Positions 62,308 through 64,000 of a stretch of DNA of 64,000 bases are shown here, in pieces. Both the position numbers and the translations under genes were made by a program. How positions within the stretch are numbered: position 1 is the first letter of the stretch; every line of letters begins with the position of its first letter. The DNA is from Antedon mediterranea (taxonomy: Eukaryota; Animalia; Echinodermata): the NCBI RefSeq assembly GCF_964355755.1, contig NC_092674.1, positions 31,000,001 to 31,064,000 on the forward strand, given 5' to 3'. Below the pieces are notes generated by a model, which was not told the origin of the DNA, made no database searches, and saw only the letters and a program-made list of their open reading frames with translations.

Positions 62308-62490
62308 CTTTGCTCAGAGATCTGGAACCAACTTCCTCTTTCCATTCGTTACGCTCCATCCACTTTTCAATTCAAATCTCTCCCGAAAACTCATCTATTT
62401 CAGTAGTTATTCTTTTCATGTTGCGCTGTGAGATTCCGGTAAAGAGTGCTTTAGGAATGTTCGATATTATTATTATTTACTTATTTTAAT
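62308..62490 (+). mobile_element. 5'-truncated L2/CR1-group LINE 3' end
   Basis: IWNQLPLSIRYAPSTFQFKSLPKTHLFQ* matches the L2-group ORF2 terminus (WNxLPxxIR...FKxxLKTHLF); GCGCTGTGAG...AGTGCTTTA 3' UTR, (TAT)n tail; ACACCTCTT duplicated at 62299-62307 and 62491-62499. Confidence 0.8.
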
Positions 62491-63109
62491 ACACCTCTTT
62501 CATTCGTTTATTTTCTTATTTATAATTTTAGAATAATGCTCATTGTGTAGCGATTACACACATTTTACAACGGCACGCCATTAAGAACTAGTTCACTTGA
62601 TTCATAATGTGCTTGCACTCTCACAAAAAGGTCATATATACTCATTAAATGATACATTTTGCGTAATATTCCCTCTGCTTGATGATAAAAAACGACTGAC
62701 ATTTGGTCTTTGATGATTTACACGCAGTTGTCAGTTAACGAACTTTTTGTCTCTAAAGTTTTCTAAAATCATACAAGCAATGAAATTGGTGATTAGCTAA
62801 CCCTTTACATTATCATGTGTTAAAGAACATTCAGAGTAATACTTGTAACAACATTTTATATTATATGATTGCTAGATTCTGTAAAATGCTTAATAAATAT
62901 ATGTACATACAGAGTACTCTATTTTGATAAAATGCTTATTTGTCCTTTTTGTTTTGTTTTTTTGCTTTTAGTACGAAAGATACTTTATTTAGTATTCCTT
63001 GTCAATCATTAGTATAATGAGTAAATTAAAATTTGAATTAAAATTCGAATTAAAATTCTTCTATATCTTCTGTATGGCATCAATATCATGAATAATCAGA
63101 ATCATCATC

Positions 63110-63630
63110 AACATAAATGTATCATCATCATCAATATAACCATAGGATAATCAGTTTATCAAAATGTCATCATATTAACATCATTATTTTTACTATTCAT
63201 CATCTATATTAATCATTATTATCTTCATACTGTATCATCATTTATATACTGTATCATCATCATCATTATTATCAATATAACCATAGTATAATCAAATTTA
63301 TCATCACATCATCATCATTATTATCAATATAACCATAGTATAATCAAATTTATCATCACATCATCATCATTATTATCAATATAACCATAGTATAATCAAA
63401 TTTATCATTACATCATCATCATTATTATCAATATAACCATAGTATAATCAAATTTATCATTACATCATCATCATTATTATCAATATAACCATAGTATAAT
63501 CAAATTTATTATCACATCATCATCATTATTATCAATATAACCATAGTATAATCAAATTTATCATCACATCAACATCATTATTCTTCCCTTTCATCATCTA
63601 TATTAATCATTATTATCTTCATACTTGTTA
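63110..63630. repeat. 52-bp minisatellite (~6 units) in ATC-rich region
   Basis: CATCATCATCATTATTATCAATATAACCATAGTATAATCAAATTTATCATCA; flanked by a duplicated CATCATCTATATTAATCATTATTATCTTCATACT. Confidence 0.92.
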
Positions 63631-64000
63631 ACGTAATGCCAACATTGTTATCAAAGTAGTACAAAACATATATCGTTTCTCATTAATTAAAATGTGTGTG
63701 AATATATGTGAGTATTAGCTAGAATGTGTTTCTTTGCTTATAACACACTAATGTAATTGCTGTATATATTATTTTTGCTTAATAAGAATTCTCAGTGACA
63801 GGTCAGAATTTGTTGTCTTCAATTTGATCATTCTTTATAAGCTTGTTGTATTTATGTATTCGTGTCAGGTATAATATTATGTATTGTGTATCCTTCTTCC
63901 TATATATAAAATTACTTGATAAGCCTTTGAATTAGGATTTTAAAGTATGGTTTTTGTTTTTGCTTATGCATGGTCCTGTTTTCATTGTGTTAGTATTTTG

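Noticed and set aside
62303-62365. Minus-strand small-ORF first exon (MERNEWKEEVG...)
   Set aside because: Better explained as the antisense of the L2-group LINE 3' fragment; weak donor.
12300-64000. NMRAL1/HMOX2 or VASN orthologues expected from the human 16p13.3 neighbourhood
   Set aside because: No recognisable exons for these genes seen in the window.

Overview
AT-rich, intron-containing animal (invertebrate-like) genomic DNA, not prokaryotic. The first ~12 kb holds two multi-exon genes in head-to-head orientation around a very short shared promoter. CORO7 (coronin-7) is on the - strand, with 14 coding exons visible, and runs off the left edge. DNAJA3/Tid1 (mitochondrial Hsp40) is on the + strand, is complete, and has two alternative C-terminal exons resembling the vertebrate Tid1-L/Tid1-S switch. 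The remaining ~52 kb has no confidently identifiable protein-coding gene, only a few orphan exon-like segments. It is dense in repeats: about 13 copies of a palindromic PIF/Harbinger-like MITE, Deu/Nin-domain tRNA SINEs, 3' fragments of RTE and L2 LINEs with target-site duplications, pogo/Tc1-like and hAT-like TIR elements, a Helentron-associated (HINE-like) element, and many minisatellites, several seeded from splice sites or mobile-element ends. The most notable non-coding signal is a minimal hammerhead-ribozyme motif (39355-39399) fused to a perfect 27-bp-arm palindrome, in a Penelope-like/retrozyme-like repeat family with three copies in the window. All homology calls come from recognising motifs by eye; no database search was run.
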